Source: Kondoa subrosea
Taxonomy: Eukaryota
Assembly (NCBI GenBank): GCA_039545335.1
Contig: BCIN01000005.1
Location: 1,457,946-1,499,165 of the forward strand
Length of the DNA stretch: 41,220 bases
Reading direction: 5' to 3'
The notes below the pieces were generated by a model. It saw only the letters and a program-made list of their open reading frames with translations, had not been told where the DNA came from and did not search any database. Of the stretch, positions 24,367 to 36,437 are shown in pieces. The position numbers and the translations under genes are program-made. The stretch's first letter is position 1, and every line of letters starts with the position of its first letter.

Positions 24367-25236
24367 CTAAGACATTTTTGCCTTACTCAGATCCAGTTCA
24401 GGGCTGCAACGCTGTCAGCTGTAGGAATACGTGGAGCGCACATAAACCCACTGTTGTTTCTGGAACTTGGCAAGCATCTGAATTATTTTTTCAGCAAGAG
24501 GTAGAAGTAGTACGACAACTACCTACCTCTTGCTTCTTCATTTCGTCGGATGTTGGTTTGCCCATTTGCTACTCATCTGATTCAACTTTTCGTCTGATGA
24601 AGCAGCGAGAGTACTTACTTTTTGCTGATTGTCAAACATCATCTTCTCTACCATAGCACGCGTTTCGCCATCTAGATCTGATAGCTTCGAATTGTCTGGC
24701 TGGATCTTGGTTGTATCGATCGTCGGACCACCTTGGATCACGCAATTCCACCATTCCATTTGATTCGCTTTCTCCAGGTGAAGCATAATTTCGCGCTGAT
24801 CATCTACAAAGATACTTTAAGCCTGTGTTTCTCGTCACTTGTTGAGACAAGAATCTCACCCAAAGTCCAGGTAGAGTCATCCAATTTGACATCGTGGCAA
24901 AGTTTGCCATCAATGATAGTTTCACTTGAACCTTTCAGCGCAACTTTGAGAGTGGACTTCTTGATTTCGACCGTGAGCTGTTTGGCTCGAGTACCAGCGG
25001 GGACAGGTATAACAAGATCCACGTCGCCCAAAGTCTGTCTCCATTTGTAAGGGAGACTGGCTTGACCAGCGTCTTCATGTGATTTTCTTGCAGCTTCATA
25101 TTCAGCCTGCTCGTTTTCTGCATTGACAACGCATATTACTAACTGTTGACACGCAAAAGTGTGCCCATTGTGCGAAAACCAACTAACCTGTCAGCTTATC
25201 CAGTTCAGCTTGAGTCTTTTTAGGAAAGTCGTCCAT
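24367..25236 (-). CDS. nudC: Nuclear movement protein NudC (p23/CS domain)
   Basis: LPYKWRQTLGDVD...DDSTWTL...LEKANQMEWW...IDTTKIQPDNSKLSDLDGETRAMVEKMMFDNQQK|QMGKPTSDE...PELDLSKAKMS*. Confidence 0.95.
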
Positions 25237-25575
25237 CTTGCTATGAGGCACTACAAGTTATAGTGTGCTTCAGTTGAGCCGACAAGAGCCAATTCGCAAC
25301 CTTGAGTTTCGAGAAAGAAAAACACAAGTCTTTCCAACACCGCGAGTCTCTCCTTGTACAGGCCAGCATACCTGATTGGCCGTTCCAGCCAGGTCTGTAA
25401 GGCGTCCCTCTACGCAGCATCCCAGGCTAGAGGCTACCGATCCTCTTCAAAAGTCACGCGCCGCTCAGTAGGGCAGCTTACCTTCGGATCATATCGACGC
25501 CTTTCTCAAGACTCATTCTGCTAAGCTGTCTCGTTGAACGAGGCTCAGGTATCGCTGTTGGACTTCAGACATTGG

Positions 25576-28399
25576 ATGTACCCAAATCCCTACTATCAGC
25601 CTCAATATTCGTATTCTTCTGCCCCGAGCCCTTATCCGCAACATCAGCAGCAAATCCCATATTATACTCAAGGCTACCCTTCTATCCAAGCACAGCAACC
25701 AGTCTTTTACTCAGGTCCAGCTCAACAGCAATATTCATATACAGCTGCTCAAGTTTCAGGAAATTGGCCGCAGCAGCAAGGTTCATCTGTACAGCAAGCA
25801 CCGTTAGTCTGGCAACAAGCAAGACCAGCTTACGAACAGTATCCTCCTCCTCCTCAGATCCCCTACCATCCTCTACAGCGTTATCAACAGCACTTGCAAG
25901 CGCCTGCTTTTACTCAGTCTCCTAGGCCTGCTCATCAATCGATTGAAATCTTACCTGACTCTGTCATACCTACAAGTCCTCTTCTCTTATCTAGTCAACC
26001 TCCATCCAGAACTCCATCCGCTGCATCTTTTCGCTCAAATACTTCTCAGCGATCTACAAGCTTGAATCAGGCCAATCTTGCTACTCACACAGCAGCGATG
26101 GCTACCAATAGCTTTGCCGATTATGACGTGAGCAGCCAGCGATCCCTTGCGCCTATCTTTGGCTAACACATCTATAGACGACTGTCCGCGACGTCAGCAG
26201 GTTGACTGTCGACCGACTCAAGAATGTCTTACGCCATATGAATCATCGTCTTGGTCATGCGCATAGAATGAGCGGATTGAAGGCAGAATTGGCAGGTCGA
26301 GTCCGTACTGCTTTGGACAACAGTCGAACAGCAAATGATGCTACTGCTTATGCCGAAATCAAGCGCGCTGTTACCAGTCCATATAATATCTCGATTGGAT
26401 CAGCAGCTAGCGACACTACTACTACCCCTTCTACAACTTCGCAACCGACAGCTTCCACCTCAACTTTACCACCACCTCCTCCCGCAACGGCTTATCTACC
26501 ATCTCACCCAGGCAACTTACCTACTACTTCTGCTGCTCCTGCAAGTCAACCGCCTTCCCTTGCGAATCTGAATCCAACTGCTGCGACTTTCGCAGCTAGA
26601 GCATCTCAGCCATATGGCTTCAGCCAATTCAACAACAGTGGTATACCAATCGGGACTTCCATGCCAGCAACTTCCAGCGCTCCTCCTCAGCGTGGTATGA
26701 GTTTCTCTCTTCAGCATGGCAGCCAAGCTTGGAGAGCTCCTCCTCCTCCCATGGCTTCTACTTCAAATGCTCCAGTGGCTCCTCCAGCTTCGTCGTCGGC
26801 TTCTTCTTCCAATACTGCACCTCCTATTGCTTTCAGAACGAATCCCTTCTTCCAGATCATTGAAGCTGTTAGCACAATTTCTGTTTGTCCTAGTAAGTGG
26901 TTGAGCGAGTTTTTTCTCCCCGGAGCTGAAGCTGAATTTGCGCGGAAACAACAGAAGCACCATCTGGCGATCGAAAGAGTACGGTCGGTGTCATCAATCT
27001 CACACCGCAGCACAAACAAATGTTGCAAGATGCTCGTAATGATTCAAGCAAGCCTCAGTATCAGCTTCGACTTTTCTGTACCTCTGAATCTTACTTCTCC
27101 TTACCTGTTTCATCTTACCCTTATCATCGGCCGCAATCCACCCTTGGTCATCAGCCTCAAGGACCTGCACCAGTTGAATTCCCTGCTACTAGCGAAGTCA
27201 AGCTAAACAATACTGCTCTGAATGCGAATCTCAGAGGTATCAAAAAGAAAGAAGGATCCACTGTACCGCCAGATTTGGGAAAAATGGTTAGCGGAGTAAG
27301 AGCGTTAGATTTGAGGCCGAACGGAGTCAATAGAGTGGAATTGGTTTACATCAATTCCGAAAAGGTGGGCTGGTTCACTGCTGCTTCTAGAAATGGTCCA
27401 ATACTGCAGGCAGAAATACTTCTTCCTGGTCATGTTGGTTGAATACAAGGATACAGCCCATCAAGTTGCTCAACTAAAGAAGGGTAAAACCAAACCCATG
27501 GAGGAAGTAGCTCGTGAAGGTGAGAATCCATACTGCCAGGATTTGCGTCGCTGATGTTGAAATCAAAAGTCGTTGCGCAAAACTCCGATCCTGATATTGT
27601 GGCTACATCTTCTGCTTTGTCGCTCAAATGTCCAGTATGTATCTCTTCTGAGCTGTTTGATACAATCAGCTGAAACCCTTTTTGTCCAGCTAACTTTTAT
27701 TCGAATGACCAATCCAACTCGATCATCGCAATGCTCACATATGCAATGCTTCGATGCCGAATCCTTCTATTCTATGATGGAGCAAACACCCATCTTTAAC
27801 TGTCCGGTCTGCAACAAACTGCTTAAAGTAGAAGATCTAGTCATTGATGGGTAAGTCGTTCTAAAACCTTTAGCTACAAAGCAGTACTGATGGTCACAAT
27901 TAGATACACTCAACATGTTGCCAGTACAGTCCCTTCTTCCTATGATTCGGTAGTCGTCGAAATCGATGGCACTTGGCGAACGGAAGACAACAAGTACGGC
28001 AATAATGCAAAAGTTGGCACGGCTCCTTCTCGAGCTCCCAGTACAGAAGTCAAACCTCGACCTTCTATCTCTCGCAGTGGCTCCAATAATCCAGGAACTT
28101 CAGCAGCAGCAGCAGCTTCCGTTCAGATTTTGGACGATTCTGATGATGAAACACCGCTGCACAACAGAGCGGCGAGAGACTCTGCCATCAGCTCTAAATC
28201 CTCTTCTACCAATGCTGCATCTGCACCCCAAAAGAGTGCCGGAGCTGTGATTGATCTGACTTTGTCGGACGATGATGATGAACCTGCAGCGGCAAGCGGA
28301 AGTGGTGTTGCTCAGTTGGCTGGACAGAAGCGTCAAGGTTCAGACTATGGTCTGGCACCACCTCCAGCCAATCGACCGCGTTATGACTATCCTTATTGA
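25576..28399 (+). CDS. SIZ1: SIZ/PIAS SUMO E3 ligase (SAP-like, PINIT, SP-RING, SIM)
   Basis: SAP-like LTVDRLKNVLR..SGLKAEL. PINIT YQLRLFCTS..VEFP..NLRGIKKKEGSTVPPD. SP-RING LSLKCP|LTFIRM..PTRSSQCSHMQCFDA..FNCPVC. SIM VIDLTLSDDDDE. Confidence 0.92.
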
Positions 28400-28584
28400 A
28401 GAGCGGCATATTTGTATGATTACTTTTGATTTGGCAAAAAGCAGGAAGATGATTTTCCTCCTGACTGATATTGGGCTGTCTTGTACTTTCATGATTGATC
28501 ACTAAGCACATGTAGACATACTACAAAATGTTGACTTGCCATTACTGTAATATTAATACTCTCAGTTGTTGACCTGTATCCACC

Positions 28585-29447
28585 ATGGCAGCTATCCGCT
28601 TTATACAGCCTGTGCAACGTTCGACCTGCTTCGCGTTTGTTCGCTTCAGCTCTTCACAAAGCAATTCGCCAGCGCCTATCGCTCACTTGAAATCTGCCGA
28701 ACAAGCTTTGACAAGAGGACCAGAACCTGGTCAGCATGTAGCGTGAATCGCTTAGAAGCTGTTTCTTGTGTATGGGCCTGAGCTCTGCTCTCACAGAATG
28801 CCTCATGCACCTCCAAATGTTCCTTCATGGCAAGCTCCAGATCGTGAATTGATTTGGTCAAAGGGACAGAATCCTAGGTGTGCAGCTATACACCATTTCA
28901 CCAGATAGTAGTCTGACTATATCGAAATTACTCAGGCAGAATGCTATGCGTGGTCCTCGCTTTGAACAGACCAATATGGAATTCCAGCCAATGCCTCGGT
29001 CTGCTATTGAACTCATAGCTCAAGAGCCTATCCGGCTCGTCAATACACGGATAGCGGGATGCGATGGAGGTGAGTCACATAGTACGGTATTTTAGGGTCA
29101 ATCTGACTTCGGCATCAAGGCGGAGGTGCTTTAGGTCACCCGAAAGTATTCAGTAGGCCGATATCCTTCCGTCCGAGGGAGACACAACTGATATTTGATC
29201 AGTCAACCTGGATAAACCTGGGCCAAAAGCATGCGGGTCAGTTCCGCGTCAGATAATGTGTTCGTGTCCAGCTGATTTCCGCGCATTCACAACGCAGTTA
29301 CTGGTAAGCTACTGCTTGAGCGTGTATGTGATATGCTTTCTGACCCTGTTCCAGCGGCTTGAGGTTTGAGAGGAATGCGGTACGCTTTTAGTTCAAGTTG
29401 ATAGCAGAATCCAGCTTATTCTTCTGTTGCTTCAGGATCATCATTAG
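28585..29447 (+). CDS. NDUFS6: Complex I subunit NDUFS6 (13 kDa, zf-CHCC)
   Basis: Mitochondrial presequence-like N-terminus, then AMRGPRFEQT..QPMPRSAIELIAQEP..IAGCDG|GGGALGHPKVF|INLDKPGPKACG|YC|GLRFE; many short exons. Confidence 0.92.
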
Positions 29448-30057
29448 TTGTATTACAAGTATATCTGTGCCTCATGATCTGCTCCTGCTGCTTACTGGCT
29501 GTCTCTGTTTAGTTTGCTGTCTCTCGCTCTCTTGTTCTTTTACAATGATTGATCTTGATCAGCGTTGGTGTCCTTACCAGGTCTGATTCAATATTACATC
29601 TCTATTTTGTTCTGATTCTCTTGATCCTGTTCTTCTTCTCATTCACTCCTGATCGCAATCGCTTGGAAACGCCGCCGAGGGAATTGTTTGGAGCTGCATC
29701 ATACGCGCTCTGCAGCTGTTGCTCTGCGAGACGAATCAAAAGATCTCGACGATGCTCTATAACTGACACGTGAGGTATCTTCTCGACGCAAGCACTCGCG
29801 AGGAACGGGATTGAAGCGATGCCACAGTGCGAGCAAATAAATACATTGCAAGGCTCAACACATAGGTTTATAACAAGCTTTAGTGATGTGTCATATGAAT
29901 GGTCACTTTAGACTGCGAGCTGGTTCGCTGCGTCATGACTTTATGAATTCGCTTCAACCTTGCGCTTGGCTCTTCGTGAATTGATACCACCATCTACAGC
30001 TTGCCTGCGACTGTTATACCTAGATCCACTAGCCTATATCAAGCTCTACATATTACA

Positions 30058-31689
30058 ATGAGTGACAATGGAGCTGCAGAGCAATTCATGGGCATTACTG
30101 GATGTGATCTGTCAACCGCTCAAGAACACCTAGCCGCTGCAAATGGCTCTTTAGAGCTGGCTATGTCCTCTTTCTTCGAGATTCAGCAAGCATCAAGCGA
30201 GAATGATGCTGCTACTGCTGCAACTTCTGATGCTGGTCAAATGAACGAAGAGGCTGTCATTGATCCTGAATACACTGGTCCACGCACTCTCGACGGTAGA
30301 CCTGCTCCTGCAACAGCACCTGCCTCATCTTCTGGCACTTCAACGCCTACGACTTCGAAAAGGTTCGCATCTCTCAGGCTGAAATGCCTTTGCTAATATA
30401 TATACACGAGTGTACAGTCAAGGTAAAAAGACTGGCGTATCTAGTTTTCGTGATCTTCTGAGTGGAGGAGGGTCAAGTCAAGCTGCTGCTCAAGGATCGG
30501 ACGATGATGACAGCGATAGCGAAGGAGAACGCAAGAAACCTCAGAATTTCTTTACTGGTGGAGAGAAATCTGGTTTGGCTGTACAAGATCCCAATTCTGG
30601 CAAGCGCGGTGCAAACAAGCTGGTTTCCACTTTACTGAAGAAAGCTGCAGAGTATGTTTGGCTCCCTCCCTTTTTCGATACATTTGTTCACACCTGTTTC
30701 ACAGAGGTGGATCATCGCCTCGAGCTCAAGCACCTCCTCCGCAATCCTCCAGCTCTCGATACTTTGGCGGTGGCGGAAATACCTTGGGCTCAGAAGATGC
30801 ACCTTCGGTAGCTGTTCCAGATCCGAATGCAAGACCTGCAGCCAGCAACAGAATGCCAGGCGGATTAGGTGCTCAAGATGAAGACGAAGATGATGAAGAT
30901 ATGGATAGCGATGCAGGAGAAGTTGCTACTCGAGTGCTTACCTTTTGGCAAAATGGGTTTTCGATCGAAGATGGTTCGTTCTCGTGCTTGTGCCTGCTGC
31001 ATCGAATCTTACCTAAGATTGTCTTCTCACAGGTCCGTTGCAAAGCTATGATGATCCTGCTAGCAAAGCCCTTCTCGAATCACTCAATCGCGGTACTGCA
31101 CCTCTTAGTGTACTAGGCATCAAATTCGGTCAAAGAGTCGATTTACAGATCGCCAATCGTCAGCAAGAAGAATACAAAAAGCCACCTCCTCGACCTATGA
31201 AACCCTTTGAAGGTGGTGGAAACAGACTTGGCTCACCTGCCCCTTCTATAGCAGGTGCTGGATCTTCACAACCGGCTCCACCTGCTGCTCTTTCGGAAGA
31301 GAGAAAGGAATACAAGCCTACTGCAGTCTTTGAAGTTGATCCAAATCTACCCTCAACTCAGATTCAGATTCGATTGGGAACGGGAGAAAGGTTAGCCTGT
31401 GGTAACCCTCTTATCTGTACAGACCTGAAAATGACGAATAGATTGGCTGCTCGCTTCAATCATACACACACCGTTGGCGATATCATTCGATACATCAATG
31501 CGTAGGTTTCAGATGATAGCTAGCTCTCCGAAATGAGCTAATGTTATTTTCCAAAGATCTCAAGCTGGCGTGACGGCTCGTCCATATGTTCTGCAAACCA
31601 CCTTCCCTAACCGTGATTTGAAGGATGAGAAGCAAACAATCAAGGATGCAAACTTGCTGAGCTCGGTGGTTACAATGCGCTATGTATGA
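30058..31689 (+). CDS. SHP1: UBX-domain Cdc48/p97 cofactor Shp1/p47 (UBA-SEP-UBX)
   Basis: UBA-like QFMGITGC..A..L.A.N..LE.A..SFF, FFTGGEKSGLAVQDP, SEP LTFWQNGFSIEDG..YDDP, SHP box FEGGGNRLGS, and UBX RFNHTHTVGDI..TTFPNRDL. Confidence 0.93.
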
Positions 31690-31952
31690 CCTATGCATTG
31701 AGAATGCCCTGTCAACGGCAAATGTACATGTATATTAGTACCCATCGCGCCTAGCTCAAATACAAGACAATCAACTAATTTGATCGCAAAGACCGGCCTA
31801 AACACACGAGCATCGTATTTAGAAGTCACAAATATGCACTGAAAAGGTGGTATTGGAGTCAGCAAGGACAAAGAACACATCGTCTTACCTATTGGCAAAA
31901 CCGTCAAAGCTTCAGCAAGTCATCCATGGCTTTCCGTCCCAGCTTCGCAGTA

Positions 31953-33029
31953 CTACAGCTGCCAAGCCATTTCAAGCAGCTCTTCATACTTGAATTCCCT
32001 GCCCGTCTTGCCTTGAAAGTCTGCCAGCAGTCTTCTTTCCTTTGACCTTTCGTTCTTCTCAGCATAGAACCGCTGCAGACGCATGCATAAAAGTTGAGCA
32101 TCGGTTTGAGAGATGAGCTGTCCAGATCCTGAATCACTTGCTGTGATTTCACCACGAAGCAGAACGATACCATGCGAAATGGCAAGATCAGTGTAATGTG
32201 TTAGAATGAGGGCTGGTTGAGCAAAAGTCCCGTGGCTCTTGTACGATGCTAAAGAAGTAAAGAGAACAGTAGTCGTTTCTGGCGTGCTTGCCGGCATGGC
32301 TGAAGGAGAAGGAACGAATGCCCATTCGAGAAAGATGTTTTCCGCTCCAGTTGTTCCGTCAGATGTTTCTCGAGGCAGAGGAAGGATGAAGCGCAGATTC
32401 TCGCGAGCTATTGCGGTCATTCGCCTGTAGGTTTCGACGGGGATGACGGCGCCTAGTTTCGTTGTTGATTTGGCTGAAGCATGGTAAGCTTTCCAAAGGG
32501 CAGAGATCTCCTCGGCTGAAGGTGCAGGATGCCTTGTGAGAAGCTTCTGTAGGTCTACGATGTCCGAAAGAGGCTATAGATACCTTGAGCTCGGCTGAAA
32601 CTGGAGAGCGGACTGCTGACCTTGATGCCGCTCTTGCTCTTCGCTTGATCGATCCCGCTCGGCAATGAAGGAGCTACAACAGCAGAAGGTATCTGTTGCA
32701 GAGATGAATTGCTTGATAGCTTGGGAGCCGGATTGAATGGCTTGATTGGTTTCACTTTTTCAGCTTGACGAGCCTTGTCCTTCAACGTCTGCAAGTCTAC
32801 TCCTTTCCTGGCGTCCAGATGAACAAGAACTCAAGATAAATATGAAATTCACTCACGCCTTTGCCGCAGCCTCCAGCGCCTGCCCATACTTCTGTTCATA
32901 CTGTTGCCGTTTTTGAGCTATCCTTTCCCGTGAACCTATCAATGCCTCTGGCACGTCAGTGGTCAAACATCGGAAGCTGCTGCATCTCTTGCAGGATAGA
33001 AGTGGTCGATATAACAGGCTTGTGATCAT
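31953..33029 (-). CDS. ATP11: Mitochondrial F1-ATPase assembly chaperone Atp11
   Basis: EISALWKAYH..LGAVIPVETY..FILPLPR..FLEW..TVLFTSLASYK..QPALILTHYTDL..GIVLLRGEI..DAQLL..LQRFY. Presequence-like start MITSLLYRPLLSCKR. Confidence 0.92.
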
Positions 33030-34190
33030 CGTGTCTTGACAACCCGCTGATTGGCTTCAAGCTACAAGAGGTGGCTTTCTGCAACTTGCTTACAGATGAG
33101 CAGAGTCCGCAACAGTTAAGCATGATCATGAAATCATCTACACAAATAAATAACTCTCGCTTGCTACTAAGACTTCCGCTGCCTTGCTCAAGCTTGAATT
33201 CACTCTCCACTCTGCCTTCCAGCTACTACAATGATCGAATCCAGCTCGCCCTTTGCTTCTAAGCTTGCGACTTACTCCTACTGATAGCTTTGGCTCGAGA
33301 GAAAAGCACTGCTCGAGACGGAAGACTGCTTGCTGCTGCCAGGGCCTTGACTGAACTACACCGATTTGCCCTTTTACTGTTGACTGCTCTACTTGCGCGA
33401 CTGCTTTCACGACTTTTCTCGGAAGACTTGAAGACTCTACTCGCTTACACTCTACTCTTCAAAGCTTGCTGACGGGCAGCTCGCGCTTTTCTTTCCCTTT
33501 CTGCCTGACTGATCAAAGATGCTTGCTGTCAGCTTCTTCTGCTCTCAGGTCTACTGCTACCGATCAAGATCAGACTGACAAGGAGCTCTACGGAAGCTGA
33601 GACACAAGACTCTGAACTCAAGCTCTATCCGGCTTTCATCTCTACCTTTTGCAAAAACATCTCCTCACCGGTTTCTGCTCTGCTATTTCGACAGACTATC
33701 TTATGCTCAGCTCTGGCTTACTCCCGCTCGCTCGAGCGCGGCACTTGACTGAAGCTGAGCACTGAAAGCTACACCTCTTGTTTGACAAGCTGCGACGCAC
33801 TTTCTTGCTGCTTTACCACTTGCTACTTCGCNATTTGATTTGACGCACAGAAGATAGCTTTCAGCTAGACTTTCTTCTGTCTTTGCAGGCTCGACTTTGA
33901 CCTGCTACTTTGTGTGTAACATCTTGAAGCTGCGTTTCGGTCGATGACGAACTTGAAGGCTCGGCGCTTCCAAGCAACAGCAACTGCAGGACACAAATGA
34001 AGACTGGCTAGAGCGAAGGTCTTACTAGTCATAGGACTTTGTTGCTTTTTTCCAAGCTTTTGCAAAGGAAGAGTTGAAGTATGAGAGGTAAAATGCGAGC
34101 GTGATCTACAGGTGTGCTGGAAGCTGAGTCTTGTATCAGAGGAAGATAGTTGAGTTTGAAGCTGGAGGTGAGTATCTCAGGGAGATAGTT

Positions 34191-34249
34191 GGATTGTATC
34201 GAAACTAGTTGCAAGGTAGTTTCGCTAATGCTTCTTCAGTCGATAATCC
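34191..34249 (-). ncRNA. Type I hammerhead ribozyme (PLE-associated type)
   Basis: Minus strand: GGAUU-AUCGA [CUGAAGA A] GC-AUUA-GC [GAAA] CUA-CCUUGCAAC-UAG [UU^] UCGAU-AC-AAUCC. Full catalytic core, 10-bp stem I with an AC bulge, 2-bp stem II, short stem III, GUU cleavage triplet. Confidence 0.8.
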
Positions 34250-35049
34250 GAAAGACAATTGAGATGAAAAGACTCTCAAGCAAGTTTCTGAGCCTTAAGT
34301 ATGCGACATTGCAAAATATTGTTATTCTATTGTGCTCTGGACACGTGCAGTATAAGCTCATAAACAGCCTGTTTGCTGCTATGAATACTCTGAATAACAT
34401 CTGTAGTCCCATTGAAGAGCCAGCTATGTTTTTTGCTGTGAAGTCAGTGACTCTCTTCCTGTATTGACGGTGTGGTCTCAGGGATCAATGTAATAGCTAT
34501 GTGTGTAATGACTTCATTGTACTGTGTCTGCTCTCATGAGGCAATAGCTCTGTTCAAAGCAGATTGCTCGAATTCTTGTTTGCACTCGAACCGTCATGTC
34601 TCGTGAATACCTTGACTGCAAGTAGTCTGTATTGCTTCAAGATGGATTATACCTGACATGTAGAGTCATTTCCTCGAGTCTCCGGCTTTATGAGCTCTTG
34701 AACTTTGAGAGAAACTTTGGGTTGTGTAAAAAGTGATGGAAGGGTGTAATATGAAGCTGCTCTGGCCAGATCGTGACAAGCTCTGATGCGCACATCAGTA
34801 TCAGATCAGGTAAGGAGTTATTGTGTTGAAAGATGTCAACCTGACATCTCCCACTCCTTGGACAGTCTCCACTAGCTGTTTGCTCGTCTTTGATGGAGTC
34901 AACGCGTAAGAACCTCCTTTGCGCGATGTATGCTTCCTTCATCATGTCCTATTAGCGAACTCTGATGATCTCTGTGAGACAGCATTATATCTTTTGAACA
35001 GCCGCTATGTTCAGGTTGTTCTATATTCCAGTGGACTTCAATAAGGAAA

Positions 35050-35800
35050 GCAGCCTTCTACTCAGATCAAAGTTCCTATGCGTACATGGGTGAACGAGAG
35101 AAGATTCAGAAGTAATTGCGATTCATTACTTCCGTGAGTTCGCTTTCCGCGTTCTCGTGTGCTTGGCTTATCTGGTTCTGCTCCTCGTCAGGATCAACAC
35201 AGAACGTTGCTATACTGGAATATTCGATTGCAGATCTATAGTTCTTGCTCTATTGATGTTCAACCTATGGTCAATATGTTTGGCAATCTTTGGTTATTAT
35301 CACTTTCAACTTTCTCTAGTCGCTATTACCTTCTACACCTACGTAGAAGACGCTTGGAAGATCCACATATGAAGTTCCTTGTTGTTATGTGATGGAATGG
35401 ACTTGCGTTCTGATGAACTGCAATGAATTCGTGAGTTTCTCTCATATCACTATTAAGAGTACAAGTCTAAGGCTTAAATGTGTGATATCAGGTACTGCTC
35501 ATTCACTCGTATGCATCTTTGTGAAGGTTGTTGCAGGATTACTTATCAGTTTCTCCTGGACCAATTCAGGCTGGCAAGAACTGTTCGTGGATTTGGTTCA
35601 TGCAAAGGTCTCCTTCAAGTCTATTCTTCGACCTATTAGAGCGTGCGTTTTTGCTCTATTGGGGTCTTTGTCGCTGAGCTGACGTTTTTATGACTGCTTA
35701 GCTCAAGCAGTGAAACAATGAACTTGATCGCTATTGTAGGTGTCTTAATGGAGTTAGCTCCTTCAGCTGATCATCTTCATTGTATCGATGGCTAGGTGAT
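35050..35800 (+). pseudogene. Degenerate intron-containing gene remnant, identity unknown
   Basis: Three well-formed plus-strand introns (35134-35191, 35431-35491, 35643-35701; the last has a GCTGAC branch site). No stop-free spliced frame found. Confidence 0.35.
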
Positions 35801-36437
35801 ATCTCTGGTCATATCTCCTGCTATGTCTCGTATTCAATTACAGAAATATGGATTGGTTCTGCTAGAATACGATTTATGACAGGCGTAAAGGCGATAATAG
35901 GTCAGTTCAGCGGCTTCCAGGTTATGAACGTCGATTTTAATGGAGCTGGATAGTTATATCTCTCAGGTTTGCACCGCCTGGTTCCTGTGATCGAGCGTGC
36001 GCTGAATCCCTATGCTTCTATAGGGTAGATCTGGTTGCTGGGTCAAGCTATCATGACTGAATAAGATGACTTAAGTACAAGAGTAGGGCGGGAACCGAAA
36101 CATCAAGTAAGTAAGACCTTTTTACTTCTTATTCAGGATAGTTTGCTCAAGCTTGTCTATAGCTGGGCCTATTATTCATATCATCTGGCAGTACTGCTAT
36201 TCAGCAATGGGTGAGTCACCTCTTTGATATTGTCAGATAGGTTAGTCTTATGGTCCTTCTTCATCGTTAGAGAGAGTCCGTTAGAGAGAGAGTCTTTAAT
36301 AGGAGGGCTTTTACTATGGAAAGTTATGAGGAGTAATTCAATGTGTTAACAAGTGTTATAGTAGTGTTATGTAATGTATTATGCTAGACAACAGCCAATG
36401 TATATAATGCGATGTGACTTGTCACTTGTCAACCACT

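Noticed and set aside
29520..29860. Possible small minus-strand gene with a presequence-like start (MYLFARTVASLQSRSSR...)
   Set aside because: Could not build a consistent spliced ORF.
8841..33029. Apparent proteostasis/mitochondrial gene cluster (YDJ1, HAC1, nudC, SIZ1, SHP1, ATP11, two complex I subunits)
   Set aside because: Common housekeeping genes in a compact genome; no evidence of co-regulation beyond chance.
34960..35200. Other CTGANGA cores (plus strand near 34962; minus strand near 35191; also near 37594)
   Set aside because: They lack a correctly placed GAAA or closing stems, so they do not fold as hammerheads.
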